64,000 nucleotides of DNA from Bdellovibrionota bacterium (GTDB taxonomy: Bacteria > Bdellovibrionota_C > UBA2361 > JBIKWN01). Of this stretch, positions 1-8,878 are shown in pieces. The notes under the pieces were generated by a model. It was not told where the DNA came from. It made no database searches and saw only the letters and a program-made list of their open reading frames with translations. The stretch is from NCBI GenBank assembly GCA_044356295.1, contig JBIKWN010000001.1, positions 96,001 to 160,000 on the forward strand, read 5' to 3'. The position numbers and the translations under genes are program-made. Numbering within the stretch: the first letter of the stretch is position 1; each line of letters opens with the position of its first letter.

Positions 1-99
1 ATTAAAAAAAGACCCCGTTGAAATGCGAGAAGCCCTCTCAGAGGCGTTCTGCATGGCCTGATAGATCCCCCGAGCAGCAATTTCAGTCACTGATGACAT
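1..99 (-). CDS. Partial ORF running off the window start (MSSVTEIAARGIYQAMQNASERASRISTGSFFN...), weakly like flagellar basal-body rod/hook N-termini
   Basis: ATG at 99 on the minus strand, open to position 1; IAxxG...AxxI pattern only. Confidence 0.4.
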   Translation of the reverse strand, partial: MSSVTEIAARGIYQAMQNASERASRISTGSFFN

Positions 100-134
100 G
101 GATGAACCATCGTCTTTTAGTGTAGAATCCTTTT

Positions 135-761
135 GTGGGTGTACCTCTTTTTTCTATAGTCGCAGCAATAATCCTAATTTCAGCGGGGGGCTCCCTCATA
201 ATTTTTCTTATAAAAAGTCTTTTTCAGGCTATTGGCGTCACTATTCCCAAGATGGCTCTGCCTAATATTAAGGAGCGACGACTTGAATCAATTCTTCAGA
301 AAAGAATTAATGCTATTGAAGAACTGAGATCCTCAAAGGACTTCCTTATTCTTCCTGCTGATAAAATATTTAAGCCCTTTGATTTTATCGAGATCCAAAC
401 TCACCTTGAAGCTATTCCTCTACTTCTTAAAGTTCACCTTCTCTATTTCGAAACAGCCCTTGCCTATATTGAAGGAGGACATATCCACTGTGAACGACTT
501 GGTGTTCTTGAAGCGCTTTTTAATGAAAAACAATCACTGCTTGAAGCCATAATTGAAATTCTTCGCACAGAGAAAAAACTTCGCAATGCAAAGAACAGAG
601 ACCCCAATAACTGGGCGATGAAAGAAATTGAAAGACAAAAAAAAGAGCTTGAAGAATCACTGTTAAGTAATACAAAAGAGTTAAAAGATGAACTTCAGCT
701 CTTCGTTCGAACTATTGAAGAAGTGATTAGAAAAAGTCACTCAGAAAAAGCAATTCATTAA
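135..761 (+). CDS. Hypothetical protein with N-terminal membrane anchor and C-terminal coiled coil
   Basis: 208 aa ORF, hydrophobic first ~35 aa, abuts next gene. Confidence 0.7.
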   Translation: MGVPLFSIVAAIILISAGGSLIIFLIKSLFQAIGVTIPKMALPNIKERRLESILQKRINAIEELRSSKDFLILPADKIFKPFDFIEIQTHLEAIPLLLKVHLLYFETALAYIEGGHIHCERLGVLEALFNEKQSLLEAIIEILRTEKKLRNAKNRDPNNWAMKEIERQKKELEESLLSNTKELKDELQLFVRTIEEVIRKSHSEKAIH

Positions 762-1472
762 ATGGATACGCAAGAGTCAGTTTGTGTAATCAGCGAATCA
801 AACGATTATCTATTTTTATATAAGCCAACTGGTGTTCACTCTATTGAGGGAAAAAATTCAGAAAGTGTTGCATCGTGGCTAAAAGAGCATTTTCCTCAAT
901 ACGCTACTTTTGGAAGATCCGAGGGGGACTGTGGATTAGTACAAAGGCTTGATTTTGAAACTGCAGGAATCATCACGGCTGCAAAAAATAATTCTGCTCG
1001 AGAAAAATTTATTGAAGTAACAGAAAAAGATTTATTAGAGAAAAAATATTTATTTTTATCACATTTCTTACGCCGTGAAAGCTGGGAATGCCACGAAGCT
1101 ATCGGGCAACAATCACGAGGATCTAAGAGAGTAAAAACAACCTCTCAACATAATGATTTAAGAGGTATCCAAGAGGCATCGACAAAATTTAGGCTCCTTG
1201 GCGCTAAAAAAATTGCACTCTATGAAGCAAGGATTACTGCTGGAAGAAGGCATCAAATAAGAGTTCATGCTGAAGCATCAGGAACACCACTCATTAACGA
1301 TACTCTCTATGGAGGGGCGCTCAATGAAACAATCTCTAAAAATTTCTTTCTTTTTTCATATCAATTAACTTCAAAAACTTTAGGAATTAACCTGCTCTAT
1401 TTGCCCCCAATAACCTCTGCATTCTTCCTTATGCTGAGTCAGAATGACTTGAGCTCATCTCTTCCAGATTGA
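762..1472 (+). CDS. RluA-family RNA pseudouridine synthase
   Basis: KPTG, QRLDFETAG (catalytic Asp), GRRHQIRVH, DTLYG motifs. Confidence 0.9.
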   Translation: MDTQESVCVISESNDYLFLYKPTGVHSIEGKNSESVASWLKEHFPQYATFGRSEGDCGLVQRLDFETAGIITAAKNNSAREKFIEVTEKDLLEKKYLFLSHFLRRESWECHEAIGQQSRGSKRVKTTSQHNDLRGIQEASTKFRLLGAKKIALYEARITAGRRHQIRVHAEASGTPLINDTLYGGALNETISKNFFLFSYQLTSKTLGINLLYLPPITSAFFLMLSQNDLSSSLPD

Positions 1473-1602
1473 GTTGAGTACTCATTCTAGAAATTTCGAT
1501 TTTAGTGGATCCTCACTCTCGAAGTGCTACAAATAGGCTTTGAAGCGTCTTTGTAGTTTAGAAGTTTTTTTAATATTTCTTTTTAACTAAGGAACAAACA
1601 TT

Positions 1603-2073
1603 ATGAGCATTAACACTTCAGTCAGAAGTATGCTTTCACAGAAAACAGTTCAAGGGATTAAAACAATCTCTTCTGGAGCCTCAGTATTCGAAGCTATTTC
1701 GCTTATGACACGACATAATATCGGAGCACTATTTGTCGTCGAAGAATCTAAGCTTTTAGGAGTAATCTCCGAACGAGACTACACACGAAAGGTTATCTTA
1801 AAACAAAGATCTTCACAGACTACTAAAGTCGTTGAAATAATGGAAAAGAAGATTCTCATTGTTCATCCAACAGATAATGCAGACACGTGCTTAAGCATCA
1901 TGACTGAAAACCGCATACGACACCTGCCAGTCGTTGAACATGGAAAGATTCTCGGTGTAGTTTCAATGGGTGATATTGTAAAAGCTATTATAGAAGACCA
2001 AACTTTTATGATTGAAGAGCTTACCCGTTACGTTACAGGTACTAACTACTCAGAATTTCCTACTTCTTTGTAG
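1603..2073 (+). CDS. CBS-domain pair protein
   Basis: IGALFVV, GVISERDY, IRHLPVV, GVVSMGDIVK; SD aagga upstream. Confidence 0.9.
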   Translation: MSINTSVRSMLSQKTVQGIKTISSGASVFEAISLMTRHNIGALFVVEESKLLGVISERDYTRKVILKQRSSQTTKVVEIMEKKILIVHPTDNADTCLSIMTENRIRHLPVVEHGKILGVVSMGDIVKAIIEDQTFMIEELTRYVTGTNYSEFPTSL

Positions 2074-3683
2074 CCTATAGCGTCGAGCACTGCAGTAATC
2101 GCTGTTGAAGCGTTACGTGATTTAGTCACAAAGGATCTCTTTTTTTCGTTACCCTTAGCTGCGTTAGAAAGATAAAACTCACCAATTTTCTTTGTGGTAA
2201 TAGTATATGTACCCTTTGTCGTTTGTACTATTTTTTCTAAGGATATTTCTTGAAGATCATATGTCTCAACAAGAACTTTAGGAAAGGTTTCTTCAAATCT
2301 CTCGACAAGACTATCGATAGTTTGAATGGATAGAGTCCCATCTCTAAATCCTTTATGTTTCATTAATGATTGCAAAAAAGATATGTTAGTCTCTATGCCA
2401 GATATTTTTACTAATGAAAGGTAAGAAACTGCCATATCAAGAGTTTCTAATCTATTTTTTCCAGTAAAAATAATTTTTCCAATCATTGCATCGTAGTACG
2501 GCGAAACTGAATCACCTTCTTTAAATCCAAAATCGATTCGGACATTTTTTTGTTTAGGTAAAAAAAGTTCTTTAATATCTCCTAAGCTTGGTATAAATCC
2601 AGGAAGGCTTTCAGCATAAATCCTACACTCTACTGCATAGGCAGAGGGGGCTTTCTTTAAAAAAGCTTTCGGTATTTTTTCACCATTAGCAACTTTCAAT
2701 TGCAAGTCCACAAGATCCACACTATATGCAATCTCTGTTACTGGATGTTCTACCTGTATCCTTGTATTGATCTCTAAAAAGAAAAACTCATCTCCTTTTA
2801 CAATAAATTCAGCAGTGCCTGCGTTTTTATATTTTGCACTCTTTGCAATGGTAACAGCTGCTTTTTCAATTCGGCGCCTTAAAGAACTTGATAAAAACGG
2901 AGCTGGTGCTTCTTCTATAATTTTTTGATATCTGCGTTGTGCTGAGCAGTCTCTTGTTCCGAAATGAATAACGTTTCCAAAGCTATCTCCAAAAAGCTGT
3001 ACTTCTACATGTCTTGGCTTTTCAATATATCTTTCGATAAATACATCAGGATTTGAAAAAAACTTTTGAGCTTCCGCTCTCGTTCTAGCTAGCTCAGCCG
3101 GAAGGCTTTGTAAGTCTTTGACAATCCTCATTCCTCTTCCACCACCGCCAGCTGTAGCTTTTATAAGAATTGGAAACTTCATCTTTTTAGCTTCTCGGGT
3201 AAGCTCTTCATTACTGAGAGCCCCCTTAGTGCCTGGTACAATCGGTACTCTACATTTTTTAGCAAGTGCTCTGGCATTTGTTTTAGAGCCAAGCATTTCT
3301 ATTACCTTAGAATCTGGTCCAATCCAGACTAATCCTGCATCAACAACTGCTTTAGCAAACTCTGCGTTTTCAGAGAGAAATCCATATCCAGGATGGATTG
3401 CATCACACTCCTTTGATTTAGCAGCGGCTATCAATTTTTCAATTGATAGATAGGTATCTGAGGCTTTTTGCCCTTCCAAAAGGACAGATTCTTCAAAAGC
3501 CCTCGAAAAACTCTGGTCTTGATCAGCTTCAGAGCAAACCCCAACAGCTTTAATGCCTTGTTTCTCACATGCCCTCTTTATTCTAAGAGCTATTTCCCCT
3601 CTGTTTGCGATGAGTAGTTTAGTTATTTTATGATGGGTGGGTATCTTTTTGTTACTGGCAATACGCCCTTTATTTTTTTTCAT
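2046..3683 (-). CDS. Biotin carboxylase (acyl-CoA carboxylase BC subunit) with ~100 aa C-terminal extension
   Basis: LIANRGEIA, HPGYGFLSENA, GGGGRGM, RDCSAQRR, EINTRIQVEHPVTE; no biotinylation (AMKM) motif; ATG at 3683. Confidence 0.9.
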   Translation of the reverse strand: MKKNKGRIASNKKIPTHHKITKLLIANRGEIALRIKRACEKQGIKAVGVCSEADQDQSFSRAFEESVLLEGQKASDTYLSIEKLIAAAKSKECDAIHPGYGFLSENAEFAKAVVDAGLVWIGPDSKVIEMLGSKTNARALAKKCRVPIVPGTKGALSNEELTREAKKMKFPILIKATAGGGGRGMRIVKDLQSLPAELARTRAEAQKFFSNPDVFIERYIEKPRHVEVQLFGDSFGNVIHFGTRDCSAQRRYQKIIEEAPAPFLSSSLRRRIEKAAVTIAKSAKYKNAGTAEFIVKGDEFFFLEINTRIQVEHPVTEIAYSVDLVDLQLKVANGEKIPKAFLKKAPSAYAVECRIYAESLPGFIPSLGDIKELFLPKQKNVRIDFGFKEGDSVSPYYDAMIGKIIFTGKNRLETLDMAVSYLSLVKISGIETNISFLQSLMKHKGFRDGTLSIQTIDSLVERFEETFPKVLVETYDLQEISLEKIVQTTKGTYTITTKKIGEFYLSNAAKGNEKKRSFVTKSRNASTAITAVLDAIGYKEVGNSE

Positions 3684-4628
3684 ATGGCTCAATCAACAGA
3701 ACACCACAAAGTAATTATTTTAGGTTCAGGCCCTGCAGGACTTACTGCAGCAATTTATACAGCAAGAGCTGCATTAAGCCCAATGCTAATTCATGGCCCA
3801 CTGCCTGGAGGGCAGCTTACCACGACTACGGAAGTTGAAAACTTTCCTGGTTTCCCTGAAGGTATTATGGGTCCTGAGCTCATGGAGTTATTTGAAAAAC
3901 AAGCTGCTCGTTTTGGAACAAAAATTGAAGTAGGCATGGTTGAGTCAGTTGATTTATCAAACAGACCTTTTACATTAAAAACTTCTTCAAAATCTTTTAC
4001 CTGTGATGCTTTGATTATTGCAACTGGTGCAACTCCTAAATGGTTAGGACTTCCAAATGAGAAAGAACTCACTGGTTTTGGAGTTTCTAGCTGTGCAACA
4101 TGTGATGGTGCTTTTTTTAGAAATCAACCAATGGCTGTAATTGGAGGAGGAGACTCTGCATGTGAAGAAGCGCTTTTTCTTTCTAGGTTTGGAAGTAAAA
4201 TTTATCTTGTGCATAGAAGAGACCAACTTCGTGCATCAAAAATTATGCAGGAACGCGTCTTAAATCATGAAAAAATTACTGTGATTTGGGATAGTGGAGT
4301 TTCGGAAATTCACGGAACAAAGGAATCTGGTGTTACAGGGCTTTCTTTGCAGAATTTAAAAACAAATGAAATATCTAAAATTGATTGTGCTGCAATGTTT
4401 GTAGCAATTGGACATATTCCTAATGCAACACTCTTTAAGGGAATTCTAGACGCTGATGAGAACGGTTATTTAAAACCTAAGCCAAACTCAACTTCTATGA
4501 ATATCCCAGGTGTTTTTGCTTGCGGAGATGTGCAGGATTCAACGTATCGCCAAGCAATTACTGCCGCAGGGTCTGGATGTATGGCAGCTATTGAATCTGA
4601 AAGATGGCTTGAAGCTCAGCATAAGTAA
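3684..4628 (+). CDS. trxB: Thioredoxin-disulfide reductase
   Basis: GSGPAG, CATCDG, GGGDSA, YRQAITAAGSGC; likely start ATG 3684 (MAQSTEHHK). Confidence 0.95.
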   Translation: MAQSTEHHKVIILGSGPAGLTAAIYTARAALSPMLIHGPLPGGQLTTTTEVENFPGFPEGIMGPELMELFEKQAARFGTKIEVGMVESVDLSNRPFTLKTSSKSFTCDALIIATGATPKWLGLPNEKELTGFGVSSCATCDGAFFRNQPMAVIGGGDSACEEALFLSRFGSKIYLVHRRDQLRASKIMQERVLNHEKITVIWDSGVSEIHGTKESGVTGLSLQNLKTNEISKIDCAAMFVAIGHIPNATLFKGILDADENGYLKPKPNSTSMNIPGVFACGDVQDSTYRQAITAAGSGCMAAIESERWLEAQHK

Positions 4629-4637
4629 ATAAACTTT

Positions 4638-5009
4638 ATGCCGCACATAGTTTTAGAAGTCTCAAAAAACACCTCTATTGAATCGTCTGCCAAAGAGCTT
4701 CTTGTTTCCGTTCATAATACGCTCGTAGCAACTGGCGCTTTTAAATCGAAAGATATTAAAAGCAGATTGTATGTAAGCGAACATTGCCTCGTTGGAGATG
4801 GATCTGACCAGATTGGTTTTGCACATATGTCAGTTTCAATACTTCCAGGAAGAGAGCTTACACTTATCAAAGACACTTCTGAAAAGCTTTTATCTCTGCT
4901 TAAAACTACAATAGAGAAGCTTCATCCAGAAAAATTAGAACAATTTGCTCTCTCAGTTGAGTTTAGAGAGCTTCACAAAGAAACTTACTCAAAAATTGTG
5001 AAACAGTAA
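4638..5009 (+). CDS. 5-carboxymethyl-2-hydroxymuconate isomerase (tautomerase) family protein
   Basis: N-terminal MPH (catalytic Pro1), IKSR, PGR motifs. Confidence 0.8.
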   Translation: MPHIVLEVSKNTSIESSAKELLVSVHNTLVATGAFKSKDIKSRLYVSEHCLVGDGSDQIGFAHMSVSILPGRELTLIKDTSEKLLSLLKTTIEKLHPEKLEQFALSVEFRELHKETYSKIVKQ

Positions 5010-5049
5010 CGGCTTCTTTAAGAGCTCTTTAGTTGCTATCCTAAACAGG

Positions 5050-5514
5050 ATGAATGCACTTCCTCTTCTCAATAGAATTGCGGCTCTTTTTTTCAAATAT
5101 AAATTTGAAGCTGTCATGATAGGAAACGCAGGTGCTGCACTTCACGGAGCACCTGTTACCACCCTTGATATTGATTTCATGTTTAGAGCAACGCCTGCAA
5201 ATCTTTTGAAATTAAAAAAAATAGCAAAAGACCTAGATGCTGTAATATTTCGACCTTACTACCCAGCCTCTCAGCTTTTTAGATTAGAAGGGGGGCCATT
5301 AAATGTACAACTTGATTTTATGCCCATTATTCATGGAGTTAAAAGTTTTGCTGGGCTTCGTTCGCGAGCAATAGAGATGAAAATAGGAACTCAAGTTTTA
5401 TTAATTGCAGACCTTAAAGATATTATTAAGAGTAAAAAGTCTGCAAATCGCCCTCAAGATAAAGTTTCTTTACCAATTCTTGAAAAGGTACTACGTGAAA
5501 AAGAAAGAAAGTAA
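5050..5514 (+). CDS. Nucleotidyltransferase-fold protein
   Basis: IGNAGAALHG..TTLDIDF (G..DxD) and KSKKSANRPQD motifs. Confidence 0.8.
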   Translation: MNALPLLNRIAALFFKYKFEAVMIGNAGAALHGAPVTTLDIDFMFRATPANLLKLKKIAKDLDAVIFRPYYPASQLFRLEGGPLNVQLDFMPIIHGVKSFAGLRSRAIEMKIGTQVLLIADLKDIIKSKKSANRPQDKVSLPILEKVLREKERK

Positions 5515-5671
5515 GGGAAAAGCTCTTAAAAGAAAAAAAGAGCTTCAAGCATTAAAGAATGGAACAGAAGAACTTTTGCTCAGACAAATTCGCTACCTCT
5601 TATCCCTTCCAATGAATAAAAGAACTCATTTTCTACGCGTAAGGCACCCTAATCGCGGCAGCCATCTTTAA
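5495..5671 (+). CDS. Small basic protein (58 aa) overlapping the nucleotidyltransferase stop; possible TA partner
   Basis: GTG at 5495 in frame with ORF 5405..5671; KKKESKGK...QIRYLLSLPMNKRTHFLR. Confidence 0.55.
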   Translation: MKKKESKGKALKRKKELQALKNGTEELLLRQIRYLLSLPMNKRTHFLRVRHPNRGSHL

Positions 5672-5707
5672 AAATAAAAAAACCACCTCTTTCAAGGTGG
5701 TTTAAAA
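5672..5707. terminator. Intrinsic terminator hairpin, U-tract on the minus strand (atpE)
   Basis: AAACCACCT-ctttca-AGGTGGTTT flanked by A/T tracts between convergent genes. Confidence 0.75.
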
Positions 5708-5742
5708 TTCTAGAAAGAAAAACTTCTTCTTTCTTCGAAAAA

Positions 5743-6057
5743 TTACATTTTACCAACAAGGCTGAATGCAATAACGAACGCTAAAATTACAAGCGACTCG
5801 ATAAATGCAAGACCAAGAAGCATTGGAGTAAAAAGATTTCCTGAAGCTGTTGGGTTTCTTCCGATTGCTTCTAGTGCTGACGAAAGAGCTTTACCTTGTC
5901 CAAGAGTACCACCAAGTGCTGCAAGTCCGATTGCTGCTGCTGCTCCGATTGGAAGTAGGTAGCTACCTGCTTCTGTGCCTTCTGCAAATGCAAACGCAGG
6001 TGTACATGCAACTGCTAAAAGAGCGATAAGCTTAAGGGTTTTGTTTAATCGATTCAT
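5743..6057 (-). CDS. atpE: ATP synthase F0 subunit c, with signal-like N-terminal extension
   Basis: GxGQG, IGRNP loop, IESL with catalytic Glu. Confidence 0.95.
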   Translation of the reverse strand: MNRLNKTLKLIALLAVACTPAFAFAEGTEAGSYLLPIGAAAAIGLAALGGTLGQGKALSSALEAIGRNPTASGNLFTPMLLGLAFIESLVILAFVIAFSLVGKM

Positions 6058-6105
6058 GAATGTATCTCCAATATATAAAATCTAACTAATGGTTAAAATC
6101 ACCAC

Positions 6106-6810
6106 TTAATGCTCTTCTGCTCCGTGGTCAACGGCGAGAAAGATATAGACCATGGTGAGTGTTGTAAAGACAAACGCCTGCATAAAACAAACAAAAGTCC
6201 CCAATCCGTAAAAAATGACTGGAACAACGTACTTCGTAAGCTCTGTAAAAACACCTAATACAATGTGATCAGCTGTAATATTCCAGTACAAACGAAGATT
6301 TAGTGTTAGTACTCTTAACACAGCTGAGAGTACTTCAAGTGGGAACAAAAGGGGAGCAAGCCACCAAACAGGTCCTGCAAAGTGCTTCAAGTAGTTAACA
6401 AGCCCTTGTTCACGGATTCCGTAGAAATTAAACGAGATAAATACAATCAGCGCTATCGCAACGTTAATTGAAACCGTTGTCGTAGGAGAGACCATACCAG
6501 GTATCAACCCGATAAGATTCATTAAAAGAATTGTAAAAAATACTGAAACACTTAAAGAAACATATTTCCTATTTTGAGGACCAGCAACACTGTCATGGAA
6601 CTTAATAAAGATCTCAAGGACATAATCAAACACAGTCGTTAATGATGCTTTTTTTGGAGTGATAAATTCTTTTCTTTTCTCAGCAGAATTAATCTTTGAA
6701 GCAGCTACAACACCTGCACCAGCAATCAATAACATGATCGATCCAGCAACAAGATGCTTTTGCGTCTCAGTATCAGTCGTTATGGCTTGTAAAAATGTAT
6801 ATCCTGACAC
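6106..6810 (-). CDS. atpB: ATP synthase F0 subunit a
   Basis: NLIGLIPG, LRLYWNITADH (essential Arg), QAFVFTTLT. Confidence 0.95.
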   Translation of the reverse strand: MSGYTFLQAITTDTETQKHLVAGSIMLLIAGAGVVAASKINSAEKRKEFITPKKASLTTVFDYVLEIFIKFHDSVAGPQNRKYVSLSVSVFFTILLMNLIGLIPGMVSPTTTVSINVAIALIVFISFNFYGIREQGLVNYLKHFAGPVWWLAPLLFPLEVLSAVLRVLTLNLRLYWNITADHIVLGVFTELTKYVVPVIFYGLGTFVCFMQAFVFTTLTMVYIFLAVDHGAEEH

Positions 6811-7052
6811 GTAAATTGTCCTTCAGCTTTTAGCTTTCGGGTTGTAAATTACCTAATTTCTGCAATTCGATCAAATAAGGGTAATCTTTTTTACTTTCAA
6901 CCACTTAAAGTAAAAAAGAAATAGTGGTTTTGATTCTTAGATTTAACAAAGATTTTTTTTTAATTTGTTCTTTTCATCAAAAAGTTCTTGAAAATATTTT
7001 TTCTAAAGTTATACAGTAGCACCTTCGCACTTTTTGGTACTTGCATTATCGT

Positions 7053-8504
7053 ATGACTTCTACTTTTTTCCCAGAATCACTAAATCCTTCTGCAGAAGTC
7101 CTCCATACTGATATTACTACTCAAAATACTTACTCTGCTTGGAATAAAGCTCTCTCTGAGCTTAAGGTCTCTGTTAGTGGTCCTGTCTTTGATGCGTATC
7201 TTGGTGCTTTAAAGTTTGGATCTTTTGATCCGAATAACTCAACGATAACAGTTGCAGCACCTTCTTTGCTTGTTAAAACACAGGTAGAGGAAAAATACAG
7301 AGAAGCACTTGAATCTCAGCTCCGCCAAATCACTGAAATTACAACTCTTAGGCTCTCTCTAGAGATAGATGCAAACCCAGAAGTTATTAAGCCTCAGCCT
7401 TTTATAATTATTAAGCGTCCCGAGGAGTCTCAAAATAAATCTGGTGTAACCAACCAGCAAGCTCTTGCTTCACTTGAGCCAAACAATATTAATCCAAAAT
7501 ATACATTTGAAAGTTTCGTAGTAGGAAATAGCAATCAGTTTTGCCACGCTGCTGCACTTCAAGTAGCTGAAAAGCCGGGTGTTTCATATAATCCGCTTTT
7601 TATTTACGGAGGTGTAGGACTAGGAAAAACGCACCTTTTACACGCAATTGGAAACAAAATTTTATCTGAGCGTCCTTCTGCTAAAGTTTTGTATCTTTCA
7701 AGTGAAGCTTTCACCAATGAGCTAATCCTTGCTCTTCGTCACTCAAAAATGGACGAGTTTAAAACTAAGATGCGCGCAATTGAGGTTCTTCTGATTGATG
7801 ACATTCAATTCATGGTTGGAAAAGAGCGTACCCAAGAAGAGTTCTTTCATACTTTTAATGCTCTCTACAGTGCCAGACATCAGATTGTAATCTCATCAGA
7901 TAAAATTCCATCGGATATTCCTCAAATCGAAGAGCGTCTCTACACTAGATTTTCCTGGGGACTTATAGCCGACATTCAATCTCCTGATTTTGAAACAAGG
8001 GTTGCTATACTTAATAGAAAAGCCCACAACGAAAATTTTGAACTTCCTCAAGGTGTTGCTCACCTTATCGCTGATAAGGTTTCTAGTAATGTTCGTGAGC
8101 TAGAAGGAGCTCTTACAAGACTTCATGCAGTTAGCTCTCTTCAAAAAATCGAGATCTCAGAAGATCTTGCTGTTAATTGTTTGAAACATCTTTTTGCTCC
8201 AAAAAAAGTAAATATATCTGTTGATGATATTAAAAAAGCTGTTGGAGTTCATTTCTCTCTGAAAGTCTCTGAGATCATCTCAAAGCGTCGTACAAAAAAT
8301 CTTTCTTTCCCCAGGCATATTGCAATGTATCTTTGCAGGAAACATACTACGTGCTCTTATCCTGAGATTGGTTCTCACTTTGGAGGGCGTGATCATTCCA
8401 GTGTGATTCATGCAGCAAGTGTTGTAAGTGCTAAACTGAAAAGTGACCCAGAGGTAAGAAAACAGGTTGGTGAGATTGAGAAAGCTCTTTTAAATACAAA
8501 TTAA
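7053..8504 (+). CDS. dnaA: Chromosomal replication initiator
   Basis: YNPLFIYGGVGLGKTHL, LLIDDIQ, NVRELEGAL, FGGRDHSSVIHA; ATG 7053 preferred over TTG 7041. Confidence 0.98.
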   Translation: MTSTFFPESLNPSAEVLHTDITTQNTYSAWNKALSELKVSVSGPVFDAYLGALKFGSFDPNNSTITVAAPSLLVKTQVEEKYREALESQLRQITEITTLRLSLEIDANPEVIKPQPFIIIKRPEESQNKSGVTNQQALASLEPNNINPKYTFESFVVGNSNQFCHAAALQVAEKPGVSYNPLFIYGGVGLGKTHLLHAIGNKILSERPSAKVLYLSSEAFTNELILALRHSKMDEFKTKMRAIEVLLIDDIQFMVGKERTQEEFFHTFNALYSARHQIVISSDKIPSDIPQIEERLYTRFSWGLIADIQSPDFETRVAILNRKAHNENFELPQGVAHLIADKVSSNVRELEGALTRLHAVSSLQKIEISEDLAVNCLKHLFAPKKVNISVDDIKKAVGVHFSLKVSEIISKRRTKNLSFPRHIAMYLCRKHTTCSYPEIGSHFGGRDHSSVIHAASVVSAKLKSDPEVRKQVGEIEKALLNTN

Positions 8505-8878
8505 GAGTTATCAACACCCTTAGTAAAAGTGACATAACTAGTTAAATTTACTATTTAAAATCCGGTAAATACTGTTGATAAGCTCTTGGAGTTTTCAACA
8601 ATTGCTCTCACTTTCCGGTAATTATCTCTGTACCGACAAAACTTTCGAAATTACATAGTATTGTTCACACAGGTTTTCAACACTATAAGATTAGTAATTT
8701 CAAGTGGTTATCAGACTTATAAACATTAATTCCTTTGCCTATTACTACTACTAGTATTTATATATAAAGATCTTAGTACATTAGGACTTTATTTTTTTCT
8801 TAAAAGTTTTCTTTAATAGTTTTTCTTTCTTTCAAAAGTTTTGCTTTAATAGCCTTAAAATAAAATCATTACATACCT
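8505..8878. other. Probable oriC
   Basis: dnaA-dnaN intergenic region; DnaA-box variants TTATCAACA 8508, TGTTGATAA 8573, TTTTCAACA 8592 and 8674, TTATAAACA 8717; DnaA-trio-like CTATTACTACTACTA 8739-8753 followed by an AT-rich tract. Confidence 0.85.

Noticed and set aside
3630..3683. Longer trxB start at 3630
   Set aside because: Overlaps the biotin carboxylase N-terminus; TrxB similarity begins after 3684
5743..6057. Na+-translocating c-ring
   Set aside because: Has Q and ES but lacks the T and Y of the full Na+ signature (IESLVIL)
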